From: Welwitschia mirabilis
Taxonomy: Eukaryota
Assembly: GCA_051453625.1 (NCBI GenBank)
Contig: JBOZIK010000001.1
Location: 15,003,593-15,038,391 of the forward strand
Direction of reading: 5' to 3'
DNA: 34,799 bases
Positions within the stretch are counted from its first letter, which is position 1. Each line of letters starts with the position of its first letter. Position numbers and translations under genes: made by a program. Shown here piece by piece: positions 11,256 through 23,096 of the stretch. Under the pieces are notes generated by a model that had not been told where the DNA came from, did no database searches, and saw only the letters and a list, made by a program, of their open reading frames with translations.

Positions 11256-14071
11256 ATATTTAATATTTTCATTCATAACCATGAGGTTAGTACCTATATT
11301 ATATCTTTATTTTCTTGAAGTCTTGATTGTCTTTTCTATCTTAATTCTTCAAGATTCTTGCAAACTACCTATTCTTGCNNNNNNNNNNNNNNNNNNNNNN
11401 NNNNNNNNNNNNNNNNNATTCCATACCTTTGTGATAGGTGGTAAATATAGAGTCTAATTACTACGATGGGCATGAGTACATGAAGGATTGTTGGATCTAT
11501 ATTAGTGGAAAAATATTCCAATTAATTGTATCTTTTTTTGGCTATTTGGAGTTAGATACCTGAATAAATGAACATTCAAGATATTATTTATTATTATGAT
11601 GAGAGATAAAAATTATTTATTCATAAGTGTATGGCTTGTAAAACTTGAAGTATATTTTGAAAATTCATGATACACAGAATAATGATTAATCTTATTAGAA
11701 ATTTAGCAATAAAATTTGTTTATTATAGGTCATATTTTCTAACTATTATTTAATGAAATTTATTAAAATCTTGAATCTTTTCCCATGTATTTATGAAATA
11801 TTATACTTAATATTGAATTGAAAAATCGTTGATTCTTAAGAATCTTCTTGGAATAAACCTGAATTTGTGCATTATTATTATTATACTATATTTGGAAAAT
11901 TTTATTGAAAAAATTTGGTAAGATTTCATGATAAGTTAATGTTTTCTTAAATCTTTCAGAGGTTTTGTCAATGTATATTTGATAAATTTTCTTTTAAAAT
12001 TTGGACAAGAGACTTTTCATCCATCTCAAAGGAATTTAAATCCCAAGAAAAAGAAGTTACTTTTCCTCTTAAAATTTATTAAAGGCTATAAGATTAGATA
12101 GTAAAGAAGATCCTTTAAATTTAATTTAGGGTTTTAAAGGTTAGATTTTATGATAAAAAGGGTAAAGTAATTATTAAAGGTTCAGGGCCAATGCACTCAT
12201 AGAGGGATTTAAACCACCCTCCTCCCTCTTCTTCATAGTNNNNNNNNNNCATCCACTAGATATGTACTTTTATCCTTATCATTTAATCTATACATTGGCT
12301 TCATTTATGAGGAATTTTCAATGTTTTACTATGTTAAATGCAGAAGAAATATAAGAGGAAAACACTAATATTCTCATAGTTTAGGAATAAGAAGACATAT
12401 AGACTAATGTTGAGAGATTTTATAAAGAGATGTATTTGTTCAGGCATGTTTTACTTTCTTAAATTGGTATTAAGATTGAAGTGAGTGGTTTCTAGTATTA
12501 TAAACATAGAAATTCAATCTAAAGGGGTAGGCACATGACATTTTCAACTGACAATTGGTTAGTTGGTTGGCCGTTGTACTTAGGCTAATCACTATCTTTG
12601 ATAGGTGGGTAATAACATTATAGTATTAAATTAAGATTGATAGAAAACTAAAAAATTTTTTTCTAGGACCAGTCACAATGTAGCTTATCTCTCTTACACC
12701 ACTTCTCCCCTCTCCACATTACTTAGAGTGCAAGCCTTTAATAGATAGTGCCTCATATAATTTCTACACCATTATTGTTTTGGAGTTTAATAATAATAAT
12801 GTAATTTTGACTGGGAAGTCAAGGTGAAGTCAACTTTTATTCCTTCAATTTATTTTATAATGTCCTCTATTGAAATGCTCCTCTGTTAATTAGGTAAATC
12901 AAGTGTCATTCTGGGTTGATGCCTTTGTTAAAATGCCCTATAACTAGTGCACTCCTTTAATGTTTATACTTTTTAATTTGTTGTTTCTTTCTCTAGACAC
13001 TTTTTAAACTTCTTGTTTCTTCTAAATATTGAAGGCATTGGCTATCCAAAACGTTTCTTACATTACAAGCTCAAGTGTTTCATCCCTTCCAAATCTAAAC
13101 AAAACCAACTAGATGATCATTTTCCATTGATTATATCTTATGCCCAACAAAAAATATTGCTTTTATTTTTGCTAAGAAGGCTTCCCTACTCATAGATTGA
13201 AGATTGTATCTCTATAATACATTATTAATTAGAGATCTAGAACCTCCTAAGACCTCCATCATGGAATCAAGCATTGAAATACTTTCCCTCTCTTACTCCA
13301 AGTTAGTGAGAAAATGGCTTTATAGACCAGCAACATCATATGTTAATAGTTAAAAAAGACATCTTGCTGAAGTGAATTTCACTTAGGTTCACTAATTATA
13401 ATTCATTCAAAACTTCATTCCACTAAAATATTTGAGAAAAAACAAAGGGGACATTATGGAAAGGCAAGTATAATCACTTATGCGTCTTTCTTCTTATGCA
13501 ACAGTTTTATGATTCATTGTTATTATGCTTATATTCTTCCATATGCTTCTGTCCCTTTCTTCTCTTTTGTGTATTACTTCTTATGTGAAATATAGCTAGG
13601 ATGGTTGCCTATATTTTTTCATTTCCTTGCTTTTTATTTGATGTTCTATGCTTGTTGATGATTCTTCTTCCTATGATTTGGTTTCATGAATAAGCCCGAT
13701 TTATGTGGAGCATGGAAAATTGTATAGTTTGGATCTTCAAGTAGTAATTTACAAGTTTTCTTCTTATCTGTTATTCCTTCCTATTAAGAAACTCTATATT
13801 CCCCCATTAGTATGTAATAATTCTAAATATCAGATTTAGTTAGTATCCCATTTGGTGGCTTGAGGAATGTTTGTAAGATGTTCGATTTCCTCTTCCTATA
13901 AAATTAATAATCTTTTTTTGTTAAGAAAAATAAGATTTAGAAATATAATGATAGCTTATTAAGAATATTCACATCATCTTTACCTAAACTCTAGTTACTC
14001 ATAGTTCTTACAATTAAATATTAATAAGAGAAATTAAAATGTTTCGAGTGGAATGTTAGTAATACATCATA

Positions 14072-14158
14072 ATATGTGTGTATATATATATATATGTGTG
14101 TGTGTATATGTGAATAAAATTAGTCTTAGGCATTATAATGAGTATTAATAACTAAAAA

Positions 14159-14195
<37 letters not shown>
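14072..14195. repeat. Compound (TA)n/(TG)n and (AT)n microsatellites
   Basis: Seen directly at ~14072-14110 and 14160-14195. Confidence 0.95.
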
Positions 14196-14197
<2 letters not shown>

Positions 14198-14790
14198 CCA
14201 TATTTATTTTGGCTTATAGGTAATATAATCCTCAAGTTTTATTAACCCTCTTTGTATCTAATGTGATTTATTCCCATGAATGAGCTTCAAGAGATATTAC
14301 TCACTAATAAATGTATCTGTGTTAAGATATAGATATGAATAATATCATTTTTTTCTTTTTTTTAAAAAATTAGATGCCTAGCATTCCAACAAATAAATCA
14401 TAGGGTATAAGTTTTAGTTCCTATATCTAAGATTAATCAACATTCCATCATATGCTTAGGCCTATGCATGGTTAAATATTATCTACATTAGAACTAGTTA
14501 TCTTGGTAGACTTCAACTAGTTACTTAAGATTTCATTATCTACTTTACATGCATAATCTTAAGTAGAATCATGTTGAGTTTAAAACAACATTCAGATTAT
14601 AACTAGTGGGATGCATAGGAATACTTGGATAATGAATAACATCTAAAAATATTTAGGTAATATATTAGAATAAAGCTCCTCGATGAATTCCTATATTAAT
14701 GATTAAAGTTTTAGAATTATCTTTGAGTCTCTTGGACATTTTACCGACTCTTATTGATAAATGATCCTGTTAGAGATGTTTTTGACTCTC

Positions 14791-15273
14791 CTAAATGAAA
14801 CCACATAGCTCTTCATCATTAGATTTGCTTCCTATAAAATACGGGTTTCCTAGACGATGAGCAACTAAAAGTTTCTTATTGCTAGAAATACTCTTTATCA
14901 CACACAAATTTTTAACAAAAATAATTATATTCCCTTTATCACACATTTGAGCAATACTTAAAAGGTTATGCATAAGGCCCTTTACATATAAAATATCATC
15001 AATTTTTGAAAGATCATATTCATAAAACATACCTTTTTCCTTGATGGCTGCTTTCTGATTATCACTAAAGGATACCCCTTCCTCATCATAATTGATAAGT
15101 TTGTGAAACCTTATTCTATCACCTATCATATGTCTTGAACGACCACTATTCAAGAACCATCTAGGATGCTCCTTTTCTTCAAGAGTAATTTGAATGAATA
15201 GCCCTTTGATTGAGTCCTTTCTAACCATCTTTAATTGATGAGAGGCTAATTGTTCATTGTTTTTGGTTTCCAT
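14791..15273 (-). pseudogene. pol: Copia aspartic protease region of element 2
   Basis: WFLNSGRSRHMIGD matches consensus WYLDSGCSRHMTGD with the catalytic D changed to N. Also LYVKGLMHNLLSIAQMCDKG. Confidence 0.88.
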
Positions 15274-15879
15274 AAGAAACTACTACTTTTATAATGGAAA
15301 AAATTTCCCTTTCTGATGGGACAAGAAAATCTAACATGTCCTAGGCCTCCATAATTGGGCATTAATGACCCTACTATGCCATATAGCATCACCTCCCAGC
15401 TACATACCACTGGTGCTAAGTCAGTCCCCACGATGGACATGAGGGAACATGAGCACCCAGATTAGCTTCATGATCAATGGACAACGTCAACCTTTCAAGA
15501 AAAAAAAAAATTAATAGACTTTAAATCATACATCTTATGATCAGAATTCACCTTATTAGAGTGGTATGAATTAGTAGAATTGAGTTTTCTTGCAACCTAT
15601 AAATCCCTTAATAATAGTGAAATAGTCTTATTTACACTTGTAAGACTTTCAATAGCCTTATTTACAATTGTTCATAAGCTTTTTCAATATTTTTAGAAGT
15701 TTAAGTAATTACCTCATTCCCATCAAAGATTGCATGCTCATCCTTAGTAGTTGATNNNNNNNNNNNNNNNNNNNNNNNNNNNNNNNNNNNNNNNNNNNNN
15801 NNNNNNNNNNNNNNNNNNNNNNNNNNNNNNNNNNNNNNNNNNNNNNNNNNNNNNNTTGTATAATAAAATTTTTTTCCTT

Positions 15880-17312
15880 TCTAATGGGATAAGAAAATCT
15901 AACATGCCCTATGCCTCCACAATAGAAACATTGGATATTGAAGAAATTTAAATTGTTTGACTTTAAAGCATACCTCTTGTGACCATAATTTACCTTGTTA
16001 GAGTGGCGTGAGGTAGTAGAAATGAGTTTCCTTGTAGTCTCTAGATTCCTTGTTAATATTCAAATAGTCTTATTTCCACATATAAGATTTTCAATAGCCT
16101 TATCCAACTCTTTATTGACTAAGTTAAGTTTAGTTTGTAAAAATAATAGTTTACATCTAAAATATTTATTTTTACAAGATAGAACTTTATAATGAAAATA
16201 CAATTATTCATAAGATTCTTTAATATTTTTATAATTTTTAGTAATTACCTCATTCTCATTAGAGATTACATGCTCATCCTTAGTAGTTGATATGAAGGCA
16301 TATTCCTCAGTGATGGCTAGCAATCTATACTTCTCTTCTTCATTTTGAGATGCCTTTGAGTTAGATTATTCCTCATCATCCCAAGTAACTTTGAAAGCTT
16401 TCTTCCCTTTGATTTTAGATTTTCTTGTATCAAAACATTTAGTTGCTATGTGTCTAAAGCCCTTGCACTCAAAGCATTATAGAGATTTCTTGTTTTTATT
16501 AAAGGAATTTTTCTTCTCCATTTGATTCTTATTTACATTAAATCTTTTTTTACTAGAGTCTTTTTGTTTTCTTAAGAATCTTCTAAAATTTCTAGCTAAA
16601 AGGGCTAAGTCCTCATCATCTTCTTTATTGCTAGAACCTTTTTTGCATTGACTTAAACATTTAAAGGTAATATTCCTTGTCTTGGATTCCTCATCATCCA
16701 TAATGATAGATTCATATGCAATTAATGATCCCTTGAACTCCTCTAAACTCATGGTATTTAGATTTTTGTTTTCTTCAATTATAATTATCTTAGGCTTGAA
16801 GCACTTGGGTAAGATCCTCAAGATTTTTCTTACAACTCTTTCCATTAGAATCTTTTCTCTAAGACCTTACATTATATCTACAATTTTCCTGACCTCAGTT
16901 GTATATTCAATGATAGATTTCTACTCTTACATTATAATATTTTTGAATTGATTTGTTAAGAATTATAATTTAGAATTTTTCATAATAGTTATACCTTCAT
17001 GAGTGATCTTGAGGATATCCCAGAATTCCTTTGTAGAAGAACACTAAAATACTTGACTGTATGCCTTTAGACTAAGGGCACAAATTAGAGCATTCATTTC
17101 TTTTACATTAAACCTAGCTTCTTCCTTTAATTTATTAAACCAACCTATCAAAGAAATAGTTTCTTTAGAACACTGCATATAATACTATCCCAAATATTTA
17201 AATCAAGAGATTTTAGAAATATTATCATTTTTGTTTTCTAAAAGGAATAGTTTGACCCATTAAAATAAGGTGGCCTTGAAATCGAATGGCCTTCATCAGT
17301 GATAAGTCCCAT
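15880..17312 (-). pseudogene. gag: Gag of element 2
   Basis: ATG at 17312: MGLITDEGHSISRPPYFNGSNYSF*KTKMIIFLKSLDLNIW. Also VRKILRILPKCFKPKIIIIEENKNLNTMSLEEFKGSLIAYE, DLALLARNFRRFLR, CFECKGFRHIATKC and CFYCGGIGHVRFSY. Confidence 0.88.
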
Positions 17313-17353
17313 TTCATCACTCAGAGTGGTGAAGCTCTATCAAGAGTAATCTT

Positions 17354-17365
17354 TCTTTGCTACTA
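17354..17365 (-). promoter_or_regulatory. Degenerate tRNA-Met(i) PBS of element 2
   Basis: Plus strand TCTTTGCTACTA-ATTGA versus canonical GCTCTGATACCA-ATTGA, a match of 8 of 12 in the PBS. Confidence 0.65.
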
Positions 17366-17367
17366 AT

Positions 17368-18994
17368 TGAAATTTTTAGAGGGATATGAATAGAAATTTT
17401 AATAAATATTAAATCCAAAATAAAATTATTCTTTGAAGAAATTAATCAATTTTTAAAATGAAAAATATATCTCTAAAAAAAATTACAAAACAAAAAATTA
17501 ATCAGCCCATAAGATTNNNNNNNNNNNNNNNNNNNNNNNNNNNNNNNNNNNNNNNNNNNNNNNNNNNNNNNNNNNNNNNNNNNNNNNNNNNNNNNNNNNN
17601 NNNNNNNNNNNNNNNNNNNNNNNNNNNNNNNNNNNNNNNNNNNNNNNNNNNNNNNNNNNNNNNNNNNNNNNNNNNNNNNNNNNNNNNNNNNNNNNNNNNN
17701 NNNNNNNNNNNNNNNNNNNNNNNNNNNNNNNNNNNNNNNNNNNNNNNNNNNNNNNNNNNNNNNNNNNNNNNNNNNNNNNNNNNNNNNNNNNNNNNNNNNN
17801 NNNNNNNNNNNNNNNNNNNNNNNNNNNNNNNNNNNNNNNNNNNNNNNNNNNNNNNNNNNNNNNNNNNNNNNNNNNNNNNNNNNNNNNNNNNNNNNNNNNN
17901 NNNNNNNNNNNNNNNNNNNNNNNNNNNNNNNNNCTTTAAAGAAATTAATCAATTTTTAAAATGAAAAATATATCTCTAAAAAAAATTGCAAAACAAAAAA
18001 ATAATCAGCCTGTAAGATTTATAGTAATTTAGCAATGTGCCTATTTCACTTCTAAAGGAGAGATAATGATGTCATATTCATTGGTTTCCTTATCATTCTT
18101 GAACTAATAATTTGTGAACTAATCAATCACTTGTACAATAGTGATGATTTTCCAGGTTTATCATCAACTTTTCATAATTGAAGTCTTTAAAAGGCTCAGA
18201 CTCAACTGCAAAAAAGGAAGAGAAATCAAATTTTGCCTCAAGCATGGATGAAATAGTATAAGATATAATCTGAATGATCACATAAGGTAGAATCATAAAT
18301 TACAAATAAATTGCCAAAGATTGGTTTGAGTTCACTTCATAGAATTGTATATGTTTGTAACCCTAACAAAGCATATTTTAGCCCTTTTAAAGAAAAGGAA
18401 AAATATCTATTAAAGTAAAATCCTAAAAGATGATTCTAAGATATGATAATATAATAATTTAATTAAATTTATGTTTCCAATATGATTAAATGGCATGCCC
18501 GAAGAGAATAGTCATTGAAAATCATTGTGCGTTTGCTTGTATCTGACCATTTTTCTAACAGTTCAAAGAGGGGATGTTCACCTTTAAAATTGGGAATGTC
18601 CTCAAACCTAGGGAGGGGGCATCCACCCTCAAGGTAGTGTGGACTCCTATACTACTACAATTATGGGAACATCCATCCTAAAAAGAAGCAGACATCTGCA
18701 CCTGCCACAGGTATAGACTAAGAAAAAACTAAATAGAGGAGGGATGTCTACACCTAAGAATTGACAGTCATGTTTCTCATAAGAAAAGGGTATGTCTACC
18801 CTATTTGAGTGGGGATGTCTAGGCCTGAGACCTATCAAATACATTTTTCCTATAAGAAGATTGGATGTCTACCCTGGTTTAAGTCAAGACATCCACATGT
18901 AAAAGTTATCTTCTTAACATGACTTTGACAAGTAATTGCCATCTTATTACTTGATTATTATGATTGTTGGCATCATTGAAATATTCTACTTATA
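17368..18994 (-). repeat. 5' LTR of element 2
   Basis: Begins after the PBS with the SIRE signature and contains an array of GGATGTCT/GACATCC motifs at 18570-18900. The right boundary is inferred from where element 3 RNase H coding sequence begins. Confidence 0.65.
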
Positions 18995-21900
18995 AATCCA
19001 GCCTTCACCAATAATATCACAAATGAAGTGATATTGCACACTAATATGCTTTATCCTCATATGAAACATTTAATCTTTAGTCAAATAAAATGCACTTTGA
19101 TTATAGCCATGAGAGACCATAAAAGAGTTAAAACATTTATACCATTGTCTGGGTGACTGATTTAGCCCATACAATAACTTCTTTAATAAGAAAATATGGT
19201 CCTTCTTTTCTTTGACCTCAAACCTCCTTGGTTGCTACATATATTTTTTCCTCTAGTTCTCCATGTAGAAATGTAGTCTTCACATCTAACTACTCCAACT
19301 CTATATTCTCTCTAGTAACTAGAGCTAATAAGATACAAATGAAAAAGTACTTTACAATAAGTGAGAAAATGTCATGAAAATCAACACCTGCCACTTGATT
19401 ATATCCTTAAGTAATTAATCTTACCTTGAAATGGTTATCTTCAACTCTCGGGATGCTTTTTTTTTATTCTTAAACATCCATTTGCTTCCAAACATATGTT
19501 TTTCTTTAACTGCCTTTACATGATTTCATGTCCCATTCTTATGAAGAAATTTCATCTCTTCTTGCATACCAACTAACCACTTCCCAGCATTAGCAGATGA
19601 GATCATTTTATTATAGGAGCTAGGATCATCAGCAACATCCACCTGACTGACTATTGATAAATCATATGATGCATAATCTAAATACTTTTTTGGTGGTCTA
19701 ATATGTCTCTGTGACCTACCCTTTATAATATAGTAGTGCTCTTCTTATGAATGGGTTTTAGATGATACATCACCCAAATCATGCTATGGAGTTTGTGGCA
19801 ACTATTGAGGTAACACATCCAATTCTGCCTACTTCTAGATGCTTGGTGGTGTACCTGAGTCATAAGAAGTAGAAGTTTCCTTTCTTGAAGAAAACATAAC
19901 TAACTCATAAAAAGTAACATCTTTACTTATGATTAACTTCTTATAAACAAGGCACTAAAGTCTATATTCCTTAATACTAGAACCATAGCCCATAAAAATA
20001 CATTTCTTAGCTATAGGTTCTAGTTTTCCATCATTAAAATATGCATAGGATGGATAGCCAAAAACTTTTAAAATTGAATAATTAGAAGGTTTTTTAGGCC
20101 ATACCTATTCTATCATTTTTAAGTTAAGGGATGTATGAGGGGATTGATTCACTAAATAACAAGGTGTAGAAACTACCTCTGCCCAAAAAATCATTCCCAA
20201 ACTAGCATTAGATAACATGCATTAAGCTTTTTATATCAATGTTCTATTCATGTTCTCTACCATTCCATTCTGTTGTGGTTACTAACACATGTACAGTTCC
20301 TTGCAATTCCTTCCTTCTTACAAAAGTCATTAAATTTATCTTTTACAAACTCCAAGCTATTATTAGTTCTAAGCCTTTTTATTTCTTTCTCAAGTTACTT
20401 CTTGTTGTACTATCAATTTATGGTTATTTAATGGGTTTTATGAGTTATTTTGTAGGACTTTTATATAGGTTTTAATGCAATTCTAAGGATTTCAGAGATA
20501 TAAGAGGAAATATCAGAAAAGTGCAGTTCTTACTCAAATTTGATGCATTAAAGGAGCTTTATAATGAATAAGGATTTTTATGACAAAACTGCTAAGTTTC
20601 TCCACAAAAAAAATCAATAAAGAAGATCTTTATCCCTTATGTCATCCACATGATAGGCAGGATGATGACTACTTATGTGAACTACTAAGTCATCTCTTTC
20701 AAGATATTTTGTAATGTTCTATTGTCCTCCATGTTAATCGGATGACAGGCCCAAATGACACTAATGTGTAACTATCACTGATACATTCTCTCAGTTGTTT
20801 TATCCATTTCTGAATCCTTAATGAGTGTGCATAATCGTACCTTCTGTCTATCCTTTTCTATTGTATTTTCCTATAAATAATTCCTTTCTTAACTCTCCTT
20901 CTTATCTTCGATGCACAATAGATTCTCGTAATAGAAGAGTGAAGCATGAGAGATTTATCTTGAGCATTACAGAAAGACGAGCACTTGGTGGAGGGCTGAC
21001 TATCTTCCATTGAGACATGGCTATTTTTTAAGCTGGATATTATTACCATTTTAATCCAAATATTGTCTTTATTTTATGTTTGCCTTGTAGGATTTCTTAT
21101 GTTACTTATAGTATAATGTTACCCAAGATCTTGTGACAATTTCCTAGGTGATATAGATTATCAAGGGTAGCCTTTGTTAAGGCTAAAAAGTAAGTAGGGT
21201 TAGGATTCATTTGCATTACATGTTAGTTTAGATTACATATTGCACTTTGCATGGTAGTTTATTTACTTACATTGTTCTTTATTATTTCTAGTTGTTATGT
21301 TAATTGCAAAAGCAACCTGAGTCTCATGTGGATAGACTTCAATGAGATATGACATTTTGGATTACTCTCAGTATATTAGTATGATGTATTATGCAAAATA
21401 TATATTTTGATTATTAATGACAATATCTGTTTGAATATAAATGCTTGCATAAATACACACTACAACACTTCTCAATTATAGTCTTCACTTTTTAAATGTA
21501 TCAAAAACATCATTCTTATGCTTGAGAAAGAAGATCCATATCTTCTTAGAGTAATCATCATTAAATGTTAGCAAGTATCTAGCACCACACTTAGAAGCAA
21601 CTTTTAAAGGACCCCACAAATCATAGTGTATGTACTAAAGAGTGCCCTTGACCCTATGAGTAGTAATGCTAAAACTAATCCTTTTATACTTCTCATGAAT
21701 ACAATGCTCATAGAACTTCAAATTTTACATTCTCTATCCACATAGTAGCCCTTTCTTACTCAATGTTATCATGTCTTTCTTACCATATGTGCCAGCCTCA
21801 TATGTCATAACTTAGTAACATTGGTATTAAACAAGGATGAGGTTACTATAGCTAATCTTATAACTGTATTGCCTAGTAAAACATATAAAATGTCAATTTT

Positions 21901-23060
21901 CTTGGCTTTTATTAGTATAAGATCATATTTAAAAACTTCCATTACTCCACCTTCAACTAAGTACTTGCACCCATTAGCATTAAGGGTACCAACAAATAGG
22001 GTTCTTCTTTAAATCTAGGACATGTTGTACATTTGACAATGTCCTCATTACATCATCATGCATTTTAATTCTAATTGTCCCCCTATCAATGATCTTATAA
22101 GGCATGTTATTATCCATTAGTCCCACTACATCATTAATTGATTCATAGGTAGAAAACATATCTTTATAGGGATGCATGTGGTAAGAACATCCAGAGTCTA
22201 AAATCCACTTAGAGCTATTTCTAATCTTATTATTAGTTGTTAGTAGAACATCACTATTACCATTTGTAATACTAGCCTTGGTAGAATTTTCTTGACCATC
22301 TTTATATGAATTTTGTTATTGTTAATCCTTCTTTTTAAGTTTTCAACATTTAAATTTAATGTATCCTTTCTTATAACAACAGTTATAGGCTAAGTTTTTT
22401 ATGTGATCTAAACTTAGATTAAAACTTCTGCTTGTTACTACCACTAGCTAAACCATTTTTAAAAGTTCTATCATGTACTACCAGATCCTCTATTAGAAGA
22501 TTGTTAGACTTTCTAGTTAATTGATTATTAATTAATTCACATTATAATAAATCTTCTTAACATCTTCAATAGATAATTCATCATAACCATAAAGCAGAGT
22601 TTCTTTAAAGTATCTATATGATTTAGGTAATGAACAAATCCTTATCCTCAATATTAACATCAATATTCTATAGATTCATAATGATTGATAAAAATTCATC
22701 CAAATGAGGTTTAATTGGGTTTCCTTCCTATAGATGAAGATCCCTGAGTCTGCTCTTTAATAATAGACAATTATAAATTCTTCATCATGTATACTAATTC
22801 TAACTTAAGCCACAAGCTAGCTATGGTGATCTCCTTTACTACTTCTCACAATACTTCATTTGACAGGTCAAGTTGTATTGTGAAAAGTGCCTTTATATCC
22901 ATCTCTTTTTACTGATCATCAGTCATGAACTTTATCCTTTTAGCCTTGTCTAACAGCACCTTCTACAACCTGTTTTGAATCAAGATCACATGCATCTTAA
23001 GTTATCATGGACTAAAATTAATCCATTTATCAAAATTCTTAATGTTAAATCATGATGAAC
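18995..23060 (-). pseudogene. gag-pol: gag-pol of element 3, interrupted by a solo LTR and an internal deletion
   Basis: gag INFSP**LKMHVILIQ...EMDIKALFTIQLDLSNEVL...SLWLKLE. Protease [13 protein letters not shown]...[15 protein letters not shown]. Integrase KKIKRLRTNNSLEF, FWAEVVSTPCYLVNQSP and KLEPIAKKCIFMGY. RT FHDIFS.IVK and LYGLNQSPRQWYK. RNase H FHMRIKHISVQYHFICDII. Confidence 0.9.
20403..21467 (+). mobile_element. Solo LTR (1065 bp) inserted in the integrase of element 3
   Basis: Termini TGTTGTA...TACAACA form a 7-bp inverted repeat. Perfect 5-bp TSD CTTCT at 20398-20402 and 21468-21472. The integrase reading (FKK*KTIIEK | *LEKKIKRLRT) rejoins across it. Strand is given relative to the other copy. 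Confidence 0.93.
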
Positions 23061-23081
23061 ATTAAACAATCAAAAAATTTA

Positions 23082-23094
23082 GCTTTGATACTCA
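23082..23094 (-). promoter_or_regulatory. Degenerate tRNA-Met(i) PBS of element 3
   Basis: Plus strand GCTTTGATACTCA versus GCTCTGATACCA, followed by TT and then TGTTAAG (LTR terminus). Confidence 0.75.
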
Positions 23095-23096
23095 TT

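Larger units (their letters stand above)
14790..18994 (-). mobile_element. 3'-truncated Sirevirus-type copia element 2 (5' LTR, PBS, gag, protease)
   Basis: SIRE gag N-terminus, two knuckle types and a protease motif. Degenerate PBS followed by a plus-strand TGAAAT...AGAGGGATATGAATAG, matching the SIRE LTR-end signature AGAGGGGGGTGAATAG. No integrase core, RT or 3' LTR recognised. Confidence 0.8.

Noticed and set aside
13013..13195. 60-aa ORF, and other short ORFs at 11236-11457, 18647-18844, 20825-21049 and 23436-23621, as host genes
   Set aside because: No recognisable domains or exon structure. Most lie in LTRs, and their lengths are compatible with chance.
18570..18900. Spaced short repeats resembling a CRISPR-like array (also 27445-27700)
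   Set aside because: The repeats are only 8-12 bp, irregularly spaced and in mixed orientation, in a eukaryotic transposon context with no cas genes. LTR motifs and CACTA subterminal repeats explain them.
2933..21467. The two inverted ~1-kb repeats as the ends of one giant TIR element or an inversion
   Set aside because: Each copy has its own flanking TSD, and the host sequence is continuous across each copy.
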